DNA of 63,866 bases, counting the filler. It is 5 parts of 5 records of this genome, joined end to end, with 100 filler letters (N's around TTAATTAATTAA, not from the genome) between each part and the next. Parts side by side here need not be neighbours in the genome. Positions count along the whole stretch, not along the records: positions 1 to 19,759 come from SRR31156797_1320; 4 more parts are not named here. The stretch is one strand, 5' to 3'. Shown here in pieces: positions 1-11,000 of this stretch. The notes below the pieces were generated by a model that was not told the DNA's origin, made no database searches, and saw only the letters and a list, made by a program, of their open reading frames with translations. The translations under genes and the position numbers were made by a program. Within the stretch, counting starts at the first letter, position 1. Every line of letters starts with the position of its first letter.

Positions 1-66
1 ACGAATTAATCTCTTAAGTTTACAGTAATGTTCATGAATCGACCCTACTAGTATTTTATGAAACTT

Positions 67-1011
67 CTATAGTTTATTATTTTCTTTGCAATATCTAAGC
101 GCCTTTGGTATCCAAGTAGTATTGTTAAGCTGAGCTCTACCAACGGCAACTAAATCAGCAACATCATTTTCCAAGATATAACATGCTTGTTCGGCATTTT
201 TGATCTCGTAAACAGCAATAACCGGAATATTTACCTTGTTTTTAATTGGTTTAGAAAGATAATTTATCCAGTTAAGTGGAAATCCCTCTGGCTTTTCAAC
301 TTTGTCAAACTGCCTGATATTCGGGTCTGCAATTCCATGAGAAATATGAAGAAAATGAAATCCTAGTCTTTCAAACTCTTTAGCAAGATCAATACCATCC
401 TGCATAGATGGTTCGTTACCACCCATCCTGATTCCTAATAAAAAATCATCATTAAATAAACCTCTACATCTATTTAAAAATTCTCTCACAAAATAAGTTC
501 TATTCTTAAAACTACCACCATATTTGTCCGTTCGTGTATTCCATAATTTTGAGTGCAGCTGGCATAGGAGATACCTGTGAGCTCCATGAAGCTCAATACC
601 GTTAAAACCACATCTTTTGGCTCTAAATGCCGCTTCTACAAAATCGTCTAAAATTTTATCAAGTTTCTCCTCTTCAATAGTTGCAATGTTTTCACGATAA
701 CCAATATGATGAATTTGCAGTAAAACAGGGACATCCCATTTTTTACATGCATTAGCCAACTCAGTTAAACCATCGATAAAACTATCATCCCAGATTCCCA
801 GTTGATTATCTCTGAGTTTACCATCAGGAGAGACACAAGTTGCTTCTATAATCATCATTCCGTTACCAGCTTCTGACATATCGCTATAGTAATTTATCAG
901 TTCTTCATTTACATAACCACTGGTATCTATTACCTTGTGCCTTACCATTGGCGGCAGAATAATTCTATTTTTCAAAATATAATTTCCTATTTTTAATTCA
1001 CTAAATAACAC
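67..1011 (-). CDS. NADH:flavin oxidoreductase (old yellow enzyme family)
   Basis: LKNRIILPPM start, GIELHGAHRYLL, RTDKYGGSFKNR and DLVAVGRAQL motifs; GTG start with GAGGAG RBS. Confidence 0.9.
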   Translation of the reverse strand: MLFSELKIGNYILKNRIILPPMVRHKVIDTSGYVNEELINYYSDMSEAGNGMMIIEATCVSPDGKLRDNQLGIWDDSFIDGLTELANACKKWDVPVLLQIHHIGYRENIATIEEEKLDKILDDFVEAAFRAKRCGFNGIELHGAHRYLLCQLHSKLWNTRTDKYGGSFKNRTYFVREFLNRCRGLFNDDFLLGIRMGGNEPSMQDGIDLAKEFERLGFHFLHISHGIADPNIRQFDKVEKPEGFPLNWINYLSKPIKNKVNIPVIAVYEIKNAEQACYILENDVADLVAVGRAQLNNTTWIPKALRYCKENNKL

Positions 1012-1390
1012 TTAACTACTCCTCAATTTATTTAAAGTTTTATTTTATCAGTTCTGATATTATGTAAAGCTCTAATAATAATAGCATAATTAGTAAAATC
1101 AGACAATAATCCTTTTGAAAACAATTGCTATAGATGTCAAGAAGCCGAATCTAATGGAGATTTAAGAAAAAAATACTAATATTCATTGTAATAAATGACT
1201 TTTTTAAAAGAAATATAAAATTAAGAGGGAGGTAGATTAAATAAAAAAATAGTGATTTGATTACAACATTCATTATAGTTGGCAAAAAACTTAAAAAAAA
1301 ATAGAAATTTATATTTTTTCTATTATATAGTTGAAAACTATGTAATAATCAGTTAGACTTAAGCACCAATAAAAAAATTAGGAGGGGAAT

Positions 1391-1951
1391 ATGAAAAAAT
1401 TACTTTTATTAGCAATAATGCTAATGTCATTTATGGTTGCATTTGCGGATGAGGTTGAAAACGAGTATAGTTTTTTTAAGAAAAGTCCTGAAACAGATGT
1501 AACTAACTTAAGATTAGGGTTGATTTATACTGAAAACAGAGATGTAAGTGGTGTAGATGTAAACTGGTTAGTATCAAAATCTAGAAAATCAGATGGTGTA
1601 AAAGTATTTGGATTCTTGAATATGGATGAGCAAGGTGGAGAACAAACTTCAGTTTTAACAGGTATCGATTATTCAAAAGGTGATGTAAAAGGTAATGTTA
1701 TTCTTGGTTTTGCAAGTGTTAATAAAAGCCATGAAGGATTTAGATTATCAGAAATTAACTGGTCAACAGAAAAAGCAAAAGGAACAAATATTGCTTTTGT
1801 AAACTATTCAAAAGAGATGGTCGGAATTCAGTTTGGACTTTTTAACTTTGCTGATCAGTTAGATGGATATCAAATAGGGCTTATAAACTATGCTAAAAAC
1901 AGTGATCTGTTTATGATTTTACCAATTTTCAATATGGGTGGTAAAAAGTAA
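1391..1951 (+). CDS. Secreted protein with GxQxGLxNxA beta-repeats (LA_2272-like surface repeat)
   Basis: Signal peptide MKKLLLLAIMLMSFMVAFA; repeats GIQFGLFNFA and GYQIGLINYA; AGGAGG RBS. Confidence 0.6.
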   Translation: MKKLLLLAIMLMSFMVAFADEVENEYSFFKKSPETDVTNLRLGLIYTENRDVSGVDVNWLVSKSRKSDGVKVFGFLNMDEQGGEQTSVLTGIDYSKGDVKGNVILGFASVNKSHEGFRLSEINWSTEKAKGTNIAFVNYSKEMVGIQFGLFNFADQLDGYQIGLINYAKNSDLFMILPIFNMGGKK

Positions 1952-1978
1952 AAAAATCCAAAAATTAAGAGCGTAAAT

Positions 1979-2019
1979 TAAGAGTAAAAATCTTGTTAAA
2001 GATTTCTACTCTTTTTTTT
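1979..2019 (+). terminator. Intrinsic terminator
   Basis: AAGAGTA-AAAATCTT...AAGATTT-CTACTCTT hairpin followed by a T run. Confidence 0.6.
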
Positions 2020-2140
2020 GTGTATTTAGTCTTGGTAAAATATTTAGCTGACTATTATTTGAAATTAAGAATAGAATGAAAAAACAATATTAAAAGAATG
2101 TTAAGTTATTTTTTGATTTTTACTTGATACTTTTAGAAGC

Positions 2141-2169
2141 TTGACGAAGCATATATTTAATTGTATAAA
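2141..2169 (+). promoter_or_regulatory. Sigma70-type promoter of the first chemoreceptor
   Basis: TTGACG (2141-2146), 17-nt spacer, TATAAA (2164-2169). Confidence 0.5.
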
Positions 2170-2271
2170 TAATTGAAACTAATATCGTATGAGTGGTTTA
2201 TCACTGTTTTGGTCAAGAGTCACGGTGTCAATACTGACTAAGGGGAAATAATATAATATCTAGGAGGGAAC

Positions 2272-4077
2272 ATGAATTTAAAATGCTTAGAGTTTAAATT
2301 TCTTAAAATTAAAACAAAATTAATACTATTTTCGTTAATTTGTTTGGGAATTTTAGGTTGTGTTAATCTGATATCGAATGTTAATGGGGAGATTCAGCAT
2401 GGAAAAGAGGAGATTAAAGAGTTTAGACTTACTAAAGTAGAGGATGCAAAAGAGAAATTAAAACAGTTAGTTGATTCAATGGAAAGTTTGATGCTGGGAT
2501 TTAGTAATGAGGAAATTATAGAAATACTTAAAAAAGCAAGATATGATAATGGTAACGGCTATTATTGGGTAAATGAAATAGGAGTTTCGAATCCAACGAT
2601 GTTATATAATGCATCTGTTAAGGGATTAAATGGTAAATCAGTAGATTCTTTGCCGCCTTTCTTTGGAGAATTAATGACTTTGGTTACAATTGAAGGAGAG
2701 GGCTTTGTTCATTATGACTGGGTGAAACCGGGAGGAGTTGAGAAGCAAGCAAAAATAAGTTTTGGTAAAAAATTGGGTAATAATCTAATGCTTGCAACTG
2801 GGATTTATATTGATGATATTGATAAATTAGTTTTATTAAAACAGCTTGAGATCAACAGAAGAGTAAAAGCAACTGTTGTAAAGACAATTATTTCCACACT
2901 TGTGTTAATAATTATTTCGGGTATTTTATTAACGTTTATTATTGAAAGAATATTTATTCCATTAAAATTTTTAAATCAAAACCTAAAAAATATAGCAGAG
3001 GGACATGCAGATTTAACTGTTAGATTAAAAGTTGATTCAAAAGATGAGTTTGGTGAATTATCAAATTATTTTAATGGTTTTGTGAGTAAACTTCAAAATA
3101 TAATGCATGAAGTTCGAACTATAACAAAAGAAGTTGCCATTAAAAATTCTATGATTTATAATGCAATGGAAAATATTGTTAAAGGTAAGGAATCCGAAAA
3201 TTATCATGAACTTGAAGAGAAGCTGGAATCCGGAACAATTCACCTGCAGGAATATATCTCAACAATACTTGATAATCTGAGAAGTCAAACAGCGAGTAGT
3301 GAGGAATCACTTGCAGGCTTACAGGAGATAGCTTCGTCAGGGGAGTTATCGGTTAGGAGTTCTGAAGCAGTATATCACGGCTCTAATCAAGCAGTTGAAA
3401 TATCAAATGAAGGTTTTAGTAAAATGGAAGAGATGAGTCAGCAGATGGGCACAATATCTCAAAGTGTAAAAGATGCAGATACTAAAATAATGAACTTACT
3501 AAGTGCTTCTGATAAAATAGGTGAGATAAGCACTTCTATTCATGGAATATCAGATCAAACCAATCTATTGGCATTAAACGCAGCAATAGAAGCAGCTAGG
3601 GCAGGAGAAGCCGGTAGAGGGTTTGCAGTAGTAGCGGAAGAGATAAGAAAATTAGCTGAAGAAACAAGTAATGAAACAAAGAAGATAGAGGATATAGTTC
3701 ATGCAATTCAAAATGAAATTACAAGAGTAAAACATGCAAATGATGATGTTGAAAAGAACGTTATTTCAGCACTTGAAATCAACACTATGGTTAAAGAAAA
3801 AATTAATGAAGCAAATAGCATAATTAAGGAAAATGGAAAAGAAATTTCAAATGTTAATAAGATAGTTGAAGAGCAATCTATCTCAGTTAATGAAATTACT
3901 ACAGCGGTTGACATTATAGCAAATAGCTCATCTGAAATAGAGCAGCTTTCAATGAATACGAATGAGATCTCAGAAAAAATCAAAGATGTATTACTTAATA
4001 ATTTAACTGAATTGACTTACTTATCAGGCTCGATTAGACATCTGCAAATTAATATAGAGGGATTTAAAACCGAATAA
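2272..4077 (+). CDS. Methyl-accepting chemotaxis protein (sCache_2-like sensor, HAMP, signalling domain)
   Basis: Two TM segments; Cache-like GNGYYWV...[13 protein letters not shown]...[52 protein letters not shown]. Confidence 0.93.
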   Translation: MNLKCLEFKFLKIKTKLILFSLICLGILGCVNLISNVNGEIQHGKEEIKEFRLTKVEDAKEKLKQLVDSMESLMLGFSNEEIIEILKKARYDNGNGYYWVNEIGVSNPTMLYNASVKGLNGKSVDSLPPFFGELMTLVTIEGEGFVHYDWVKPGGVEKQAKISFGKKLGNNLMLATGIYIDDIDKLVLLKQLEINRRVKATVVKTIISTLVLIIISGILLTFIIERIFIPLKFLNQNLKNIAEGHADLTVRLKVDSKDEFGELSNYFNGFVSKLQNIMHEVRTITKEVAIKNSMIYNAMENIVKGKESENYHELEEKLESGTIHLQEYISTILDNLRSQTASSEESLAGLQEIASSGELSVRSSEAVYHGSNQAVEISNEGFSKMEEMSQQMGTISQSVKDADTKIMNLLSASDKIGEISTSIHGISDQTNLLALNAAIEAARAGEAGRGFAVVAEEIRKLAEETSNETKKIEDIVHAIQNEITRVKHANDDVEKNVISALEINTMVKEKINEANSIIKENGKEISNVNKIVEEQSISVNEITTAVDIIANSSSEIEQLSMNTNEISEKIKDVLLNNLTELTYLSGSIRHLQINIEGFKTE

Positions 4078-4096
4078 TTATTGGATACATACCCCC

Positions 4097-4131
4097 AAAA
4101 AACCACCCACATTATTTTCAGTGGGTGGTTT
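4097..4131. terminator. Bidirectional terminator between the convergent MCP and diguanylate cyclase genes
   Basis: AAACCACCCAC...GTGGGTGGTTT perfect inverted repeat with A/T flanks. Confidence 0.75.
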
Positions 4132-4146
4132 GCTATTTATTATAAA

Positions 4147-5052
4147 TTACTTTTCTCTCCAATAAACTCGATTTCTTCCAAGGCCTTTTGCTTGATATAA
4201 CATCTCATCTGCTGCTTTTAATAGAGATTTTTCATTAAAATCTTTATCCGAAATAGTTGAGCCACCAAGTGAGATGGATAATGAATCAGAAACCTCGGAT
4301 TTTTCATGGGGAATTTTCAGATTATCAATAGCAGCTCGAATTTTTTCGCCCATTAATTTACCACCATCCACATCAGTTTCAGGTAAAATTACAACGAATT
4401 CTTCACCACCATATCTGGCAACAACATCTGCAGGTCTTCTGAGAGTTTCCAGAATAGTTTTTGCTACTGATTTAAGAATAACATCTCCGCTTGCATGCCC
4501 GTAATGATCATTATATTTTTTAAAATAATCTACATCGATCATTATTAGTGATAGAGGTTTATTAGTGCGAATGGCCCTTCCCCACTCTTTTTCAAAGATT
4601 TCATCAAATCTTCTTCTATTATAGATCTCCGTCAACCCATCACGACCAACTAAACCTTCAAGAAGTTTTCTTTGACGAATAAATTTTAAATGATTTTCAA
4701 CTCTTAGTTTAACGATACTTGGATGAAATGGTTTCATAATATAATCAGCAGCACCTAATTTTAATCCTTTTTCCTCGTCTTCCATAGAGCTGAGACCTGT
4801 AATGAAAATAACAGGAATATCTTTAGTATTATCTGATTCTTTTAATTTTTTTAGGACATCATAACCATCCAGATGAGGCATGATGATATCTAATATAATT
4901 AGATCAATATCGCTTGAACATTCTAGTCTTTTCATGACTTGAACACCATCTTTTGCAATGATAACTTCATGATTATCTTCTAATAATTCAGATAAGACTT
5001 TTCTGTTGATTCTTTCGTCGTCAGCTATTAAAATCTTTTGTTTTTCCTTCAT
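4147..5052 (-). CDS. Response regulator diguanylate cyclase (REC-GGDEF, PleD/WspR-like)
   Basis: REC ILIADD...DLIILDI...KP; DGLT, IDVDYFKKYND, RPAD I-site, GGEEF active site. ATG at 5052 has a GGAGG RBS, so it is preferred over the ORF-track start at 5073. Confidence 0.93.
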   Translation of the reverse strand: MKEKQKILIADDERINRKVLSELLEDNHEVIIAKDGVQVMKRLECSSDIDLIILDIIMPHLDGYDVLKKLKESDNTKDIPVIFITGLSSMEDEEKGLKLGAADYIMKPFHPSIVKLRVENHLKFIRQRKLLEGLVGRDGLTEIYNRRRFDEIFEKEWGRAIRTNKPLSLIMIDVDYFKKYNDHYGHASGDVILKSVAKTILETLRRPADVVARYGGEEFVVILPETDVDGGKLMGEKIRAAIDNLKIPHEKSEVSDSLSISLGGSTISDKDFNEKSLLKAADEMLYQAKGLGRNRVYWREK

Positions 5053-5065
5053 TTTAGTCCTCCAA

Positions 5066-8000
5066 TTACTCAACTCTACTCAATATTTTCTTTAAAATCT
5101 CTTCTGCCTCTTCAAACTCAACATCTTCAATTGCTTCAGCTAAATTGTTCCACTCTAAGCTATAACCAAAATCTTTCGCCGTTTGCTCTAAGCCATTAAT
5201 AAAAACTTCTGCTTTAGAGTTTCCAGCCTCTATCAAAGTTAATAACTGTTGAAGTTCTGAAGTAAACTCAGAATTTTGTGATTTATTTGCTTTAGAATTT
5301 ATTTGAGATGAATCTGAATCTCTTGTAACTTTTTTTTGTTTGCTTATATTTTTATTTATTAAATTAAGTTCTTTAAATGTTTCTGAAAAAATAAATTTAA
5401 ACTCAAGTAACTCTTTTTTGAGAGAAGAGTTTTGCTCTTTAACGATTAATGACTCAAGTTGATGTGATTTCTTGGATAGATCTAACATACCAAGTAATTC
5501 AGCTGAACTTTTTAAAGAGTGTACTTCTCTACGAAACTCCTGAATTTCTTTATCTAAAAGATGTTTATCAAGTTTTTCTACGAGCATATTATTAATTTTA
5601 ATAAACTCTAGTAATAGTTTATCATATCTTTGTTGATTATTCCCTGTATTTTTTAATCCTTTATTTAAATTAATATATTTAAAGTTCTTAGTGCTAGTAG
5701 TGTTATCTTTATTTTCAGATACATGACTAATGTTCTCTTTTTTGTTTGAAACTTTATTTGGCAAGAAATTAAGTAGTGTTTCTTTTAGTTTATCAAGGTC
5801 AATAGGTTTCGTTAAATGGCCATTCATTCCTGCATCAAAGCTTTTTTCGATATCTTCCTGCATAGCATGGGCAGTCATGGCTATGATTGGCAGTTTATCA
5901 CCTCTAGCTCTGATTCTTCTGCTTGCCTCAAGACCGTCGATTTCAGGTAGTTGGATATCCATGAAAATTAAGTCAAATTTACTATATAAAGATTTGCTTA
6001 CAGCTTCCATACCATTTTCCGCAATGATAACAGTCATTCCCATCTCCTCAAGGAACTCTTTTGCAATTTGTTGATTGATAGGATTATCCTCTGCAACTAA
6101 TATTTTAGCACCAGCTTTATCATCAAGATTTTCATCAACTGTATTTATATTAATAGTTTTAATATCTTCTTCGAAAACTTCAAAAGATAAAGTAAAGAAG
6201 AAATCAGATCCTTTGCCAAGTTCACTTTTTACTTCTAAAATACCTCCCATTAAATCTACAAGTTTTTTGGAAATAGCTAAACCAAGTCCCGTTCCTCCAA
6301 ATTTTCTTGAAATTGTTGAATCAACTTGATGGAAAGATTGGAAAAGGTCTTCTTGTTGCTCATCGCTCATACCGATTCCGGTATCTTTGATAGAGAACTT
6401 AATATCTGCAAAATCCTCTTTTGTATTAATAACTTTAATAGAAATATCCACAGCTCCGTTTTCTGTAAATTTTACGGCATTATTTCCAAGATTAATTAAA
6501 ACTTGTCCAAGCCTAAGCGAATCTCCAATAATTCTGGCAGGCAATTTATTATCAATATCAAATGTTAAATCTATTCCCTTTTGTTTAGCTAAAACATCTA
6601 TTGAAATTTCAAGTGTTTTTATAACTTGTTTTAACTCAAAAGGAATTAACTCAACTGACATTTTGCCGGCTTCGATTTTGGAATAATCCAGAATATCATT
6701 AATTACACCAAGAAGGCCTTTTGCTGATAAATTTATTTTTTCCAGATAATCTAGTTGTTTTGAATCTAAATCTGTTCGAAGTGCTAATTCGGATAATCCA
6801 ATAACTGCATTCATTGGTGTTCTTATCTCATGACTCATATTAGCAAGAAAATTACTTTTAGCCTGAGTCGCTGCTTCTGCAACTTCTTTTTCAATTTTAT
6901 ATTTTTCAGCCATTTTTTTCTTGGTGATATCTTCAAAAGTTCCTTCGATATATTTGATATTTCCATTAGAGTCTTTATCTCCAATGGCATTTAACAATGT
7001 TTGAATCTCTTCACCATTTTTACGAATCATTGTTGTCTCAAAATTATCCACTTTTCCATTTTCAGTAATTTTATTTATAAAACTTAAACGATCATCTTCG
7101 CTGGCGTAGACCTGTTTTGAGATATCTTTAATATGTTTTTTTAGATCACTCTCAGATTTATAACCCAGGATTTTGGCTGCAGCTTTATTAACTGTAACAG
7201 GTTTTCCATCTAAAGTAGTTTGGAAAATTCCAAAGTTAGCATTTTCAAAGATACTTCTGTACTTTGATTCTGATATAGCTAATTTTTCATAAAGTTTGGC
7301 ATTTTTTATTGAAATAGCTGCCTGAGCTGAAAGCATATTGAGTATTTGTAATCTATTAGAAGTAAAAGCTCCTTTTGTGAGTGAATTCTCTAAATATAAG
7401 ATACCGTTTAATTCTCCCCGGTTTAATAGTGGTAAGCATAGTAGTGATTTGCATTTGTTATTTGCAATATATGCATCATGAGTAAAACTTCCCGTATTTG
7501 CTGCATCTTCCAGTACTACAGTTTCCTGAGTTCTGAGCACATATTTAATTACTCCCAATGAAACCGGAAGAGTTAGAGGATTGTCAGTTAACTCTTGAAT
7601 ATCTCTATCTTTTTTTAAGAGATTGATTCTTTCAACTTGTTCACTTTCTTTATTTTTAACACTTCCCTTTACTTCAATTGACCAGATGTTTTTATCATTT
7701 GGTAAAATAAGATAACCAAGCTCGGCACCTGCATTTTCAATTACGATATTCATAATTTTTATTAATAAAGTTTCAAGCTTTATCTCCGTAGAGATAGCTT
7801 GGAAAGCTTTGGTACTTGAAAAGGAATCTAAGAAATTAGTTGTAGTAGTTTCGGTTGATGTAAACATAGTTTTAGTTACACTATTTTGAGTAGCAAAATG
7901 TGTAGTTTGTGTTCCAATTATTGTTGTTCCTTTTATATTATCAGAGCTTCCAAAAGATAAAAATGGATATTTCTCAAGTAAACTTTGAACTTTTGCCTGA

Positions 8001-11000
8001 GCTCCTAATTTATTATATGTACGAAATGCTAATTTTATTAAATTCGATCCAATTTCTGTATTTCCTTTTTGAATTAAAAATCTACCATAACACTCATAAG
8101 CAATAGCTTCTTCTAATCTGTTATCTGAATTTTGAGCATGAGTTAATGCTTCTTCATAATTTGAAATTGCTGTATTATGATTTCCTTTAATTCTAGCAAT
8201 TTCTGCTTTGATTAAGTGATATTTGTGCAAATGATTTTCCGGTGAGTGTTTAATTAAAAATTTTATTTTCTTCTGAATTTTATTAACAGTTTTTAGTAAT
8301 TTTTTTCTATTTTTGCTTGTCGCATTATCATAAGCGGCTAATCTAGAAAGTGATGAAATATAATATGAAAATGGTATACTTGCAAGTCCTGCATGTGCAT
8401 CAGCATATTTTTCAAATCCCTCACTATTAGTAAGTGCATTATCAAAATCTTCAAATATATAGTTTAAGACAGCTTTCCAAAAATAAATTGCTGCAAGAGT
8501 TGTTCTAACATTTGCCCCTTCTAAATCTTTCACTACTTCATATTCATCCATAAATTCCCCTTTAAGAATTTTAGGATTTTCATTTTTCCCCAGTAAGTTA
8601 TGTAATGCCTGATGAACAATTGTGAATACAGTTAGTACTGTATTTTGGTTAAACTTAATTATTTTTTCTCTGTGAATATTCATATATTCATATGTTTTAT
8701 TTAAATTTTGTCCAGCCATAATTCTTGAATAATCAGGACAGTGAAGACACCAACCGGCAAATTCAAAATCACCATTTTCAATTGCAGCTTTATAACCAAT
8801 TTCATACTTATCAATTGATTCTTTTAAAGGGTTTTTCCAGTGATCTGCCATTGCATAAAACATAAGTATGTTTTGTGCACTTGACTCTGCAAACTCTGCT
8901 CTTTTAGATAATCTTAATCCCAATTCACCGAATTCATAGCATGTATTTATGTCATTAGTGATAATTAGATTCATAAGTCCGTAAAAGGGATAAACTTGAG
9001 CATTTGAGTAATTACCATGTTTTACAGATAACTGAATAAGTTTCAAGCTAAGTATTGGTGCTAAATCCGGTCTGGCAAAATATGCTGATGTTACCATACC
9101 GGAAAGTATTCTGGCAATAGAGAGTTGCTTCTGATTTGTCATCAGAGGCAGATTATATAATTCATCTACTGTTTTGTTTTTTAGAGAAAATTTAGTTTTT
9201 ATAAATTCTAATAGAATATTTGGCAACTTAGGTTTTGCAGGTAAATTTGTTCCGAATTTTTTTAATACTTTTGTCCCAAGTTCGATTACTTCATTTAATT
9301 TTTGCTGAGTATGAAGGGCCTTCATTAAAACTTCGTAAATTCTAACACCATCAAATTGAGATTTAATTTTTCCTAAAGCTAAATCTGCGTATTTAGTCAT
9401 CTTTTCAAATTCAAAACTAAAGTAAGCAGCCTCAATAGTTGTTTCGTATAATCTTAATGTATCTTCATAGTTTACTTCCCAATTATCATAGCTATCAAAA
9501 GAGATAGCATTCTCAAAAAATTCCAATGCAGGAACATAAGCATTTGCCGCTAAAGATCTTAAACCGGCATAATAATTTAGCTGAACCAGAGTTTGCATTT
9601 CACCTTTAGTGTGAATAAACTCTTTTCCGTTATTATAATGACCTGTAATTTCAAAGATTAAATCCTGTTTTTCTTTAAAAAGTTCTTTAAAAGAGATATT
9701 CTCTTTATTATTTTTAAGTTTATTTAATATGTATCTACCAATAATAAGATGTTGTTGCTTTCTATCCTGTTCATCAAAGATCAGATATGCTGCTTGTTGA
9801 ATTTTGTCATGAGCAAATGCATATGTGGGGATAGAATGATTTTCATTTGTAATATATTTATAGTTATTATCTTTTGGTTCAATTAGACCATCTCTTAAAG
9901 AATCCCAAAGGTCAACAGCAGTGTCAGCCTGAGTTTTATTAAGAATAGTTGATAAAGTCAGCAGGTCAAAACTATTTCCTAAAACAGATGCAAATTTCAA
10001 AGCAGTTTGTGAGCTCTCTGAGATTAATTTGATTTTGGAAATCATTAATTCTACGACATTTTCTGTCATTTCATATGCTCTTAATAGTTCGCTGTCGTAT
10101 TCCCAACAACCGGCTTCATAATTAAGAGTTATAATTCCGTCAGTATAAAGAGATTGAATTAACTGATTAATGAAAAATGGATTTCCTTCAGTTTTTTTAT
10201 TAATCAGTTCAACAAACTCATGCAAAAAATCTTTTGGTTTATTTAGAGTATCAGAAGCTAAGTCAAGTATATTATCTCTTGAAAGCGGTTTAAGCATCAG
10301 ATTATGAATTACGTCACTTTCAAGCTCGATACCAGCTTCCTTATATCTCTCTATTTCTGTCCGGATTTTATTTAGTGTATCCATTAGAGGATGAGTATTC
10401 TCCACTTCATTACTTCTATATGCTCCGAGTATCATTAAACCCTGAACAGAGTTATCGATCATAGTCAGTTCAAGAAGTTTAAGTGAAGCTGAATCAGCCC
10501 ATTGAAGATCATCCAAGAATATAACAGTAGGAAATTTTTTGTTTCCAAGTGATCTGATGAAATTTTGAATAGTGGTGTTGAACCTATTTCTACTCTCATC
10601 TAATCCCAGTTTAGTTAAACTGGGTTGCTTCCCAATTAATAACTCCAGCTCAGGAATCAGGTCAATTATAATTTGACCATTATCTCCCAACTCACTTTTG
10701 ATTCTTTTTCTCCAATATCTGATTTGCGTATCAGATTCAGATAAAACATATTTAACTAATTCTGAAATTGCAGAAGTAAAAGCTGAGTATGGAATATTTT
10801 TCTTAAATTGATCAAATTTTCCATGCAGAAAATAGCCTCTCTTTTCAGTGATAGGCTTATTTAATTCATTTATAAGAGCTGATTTTCCTACACCGGAATA
10901 TCCGGTTACCAGAAATAACTCTCTGGAACCTTTTTGAACTTTATCAAATGAGTTCATTAGGGTATTTATCTCTTTCTCTCTTCCATACATTTTTTGAGGT

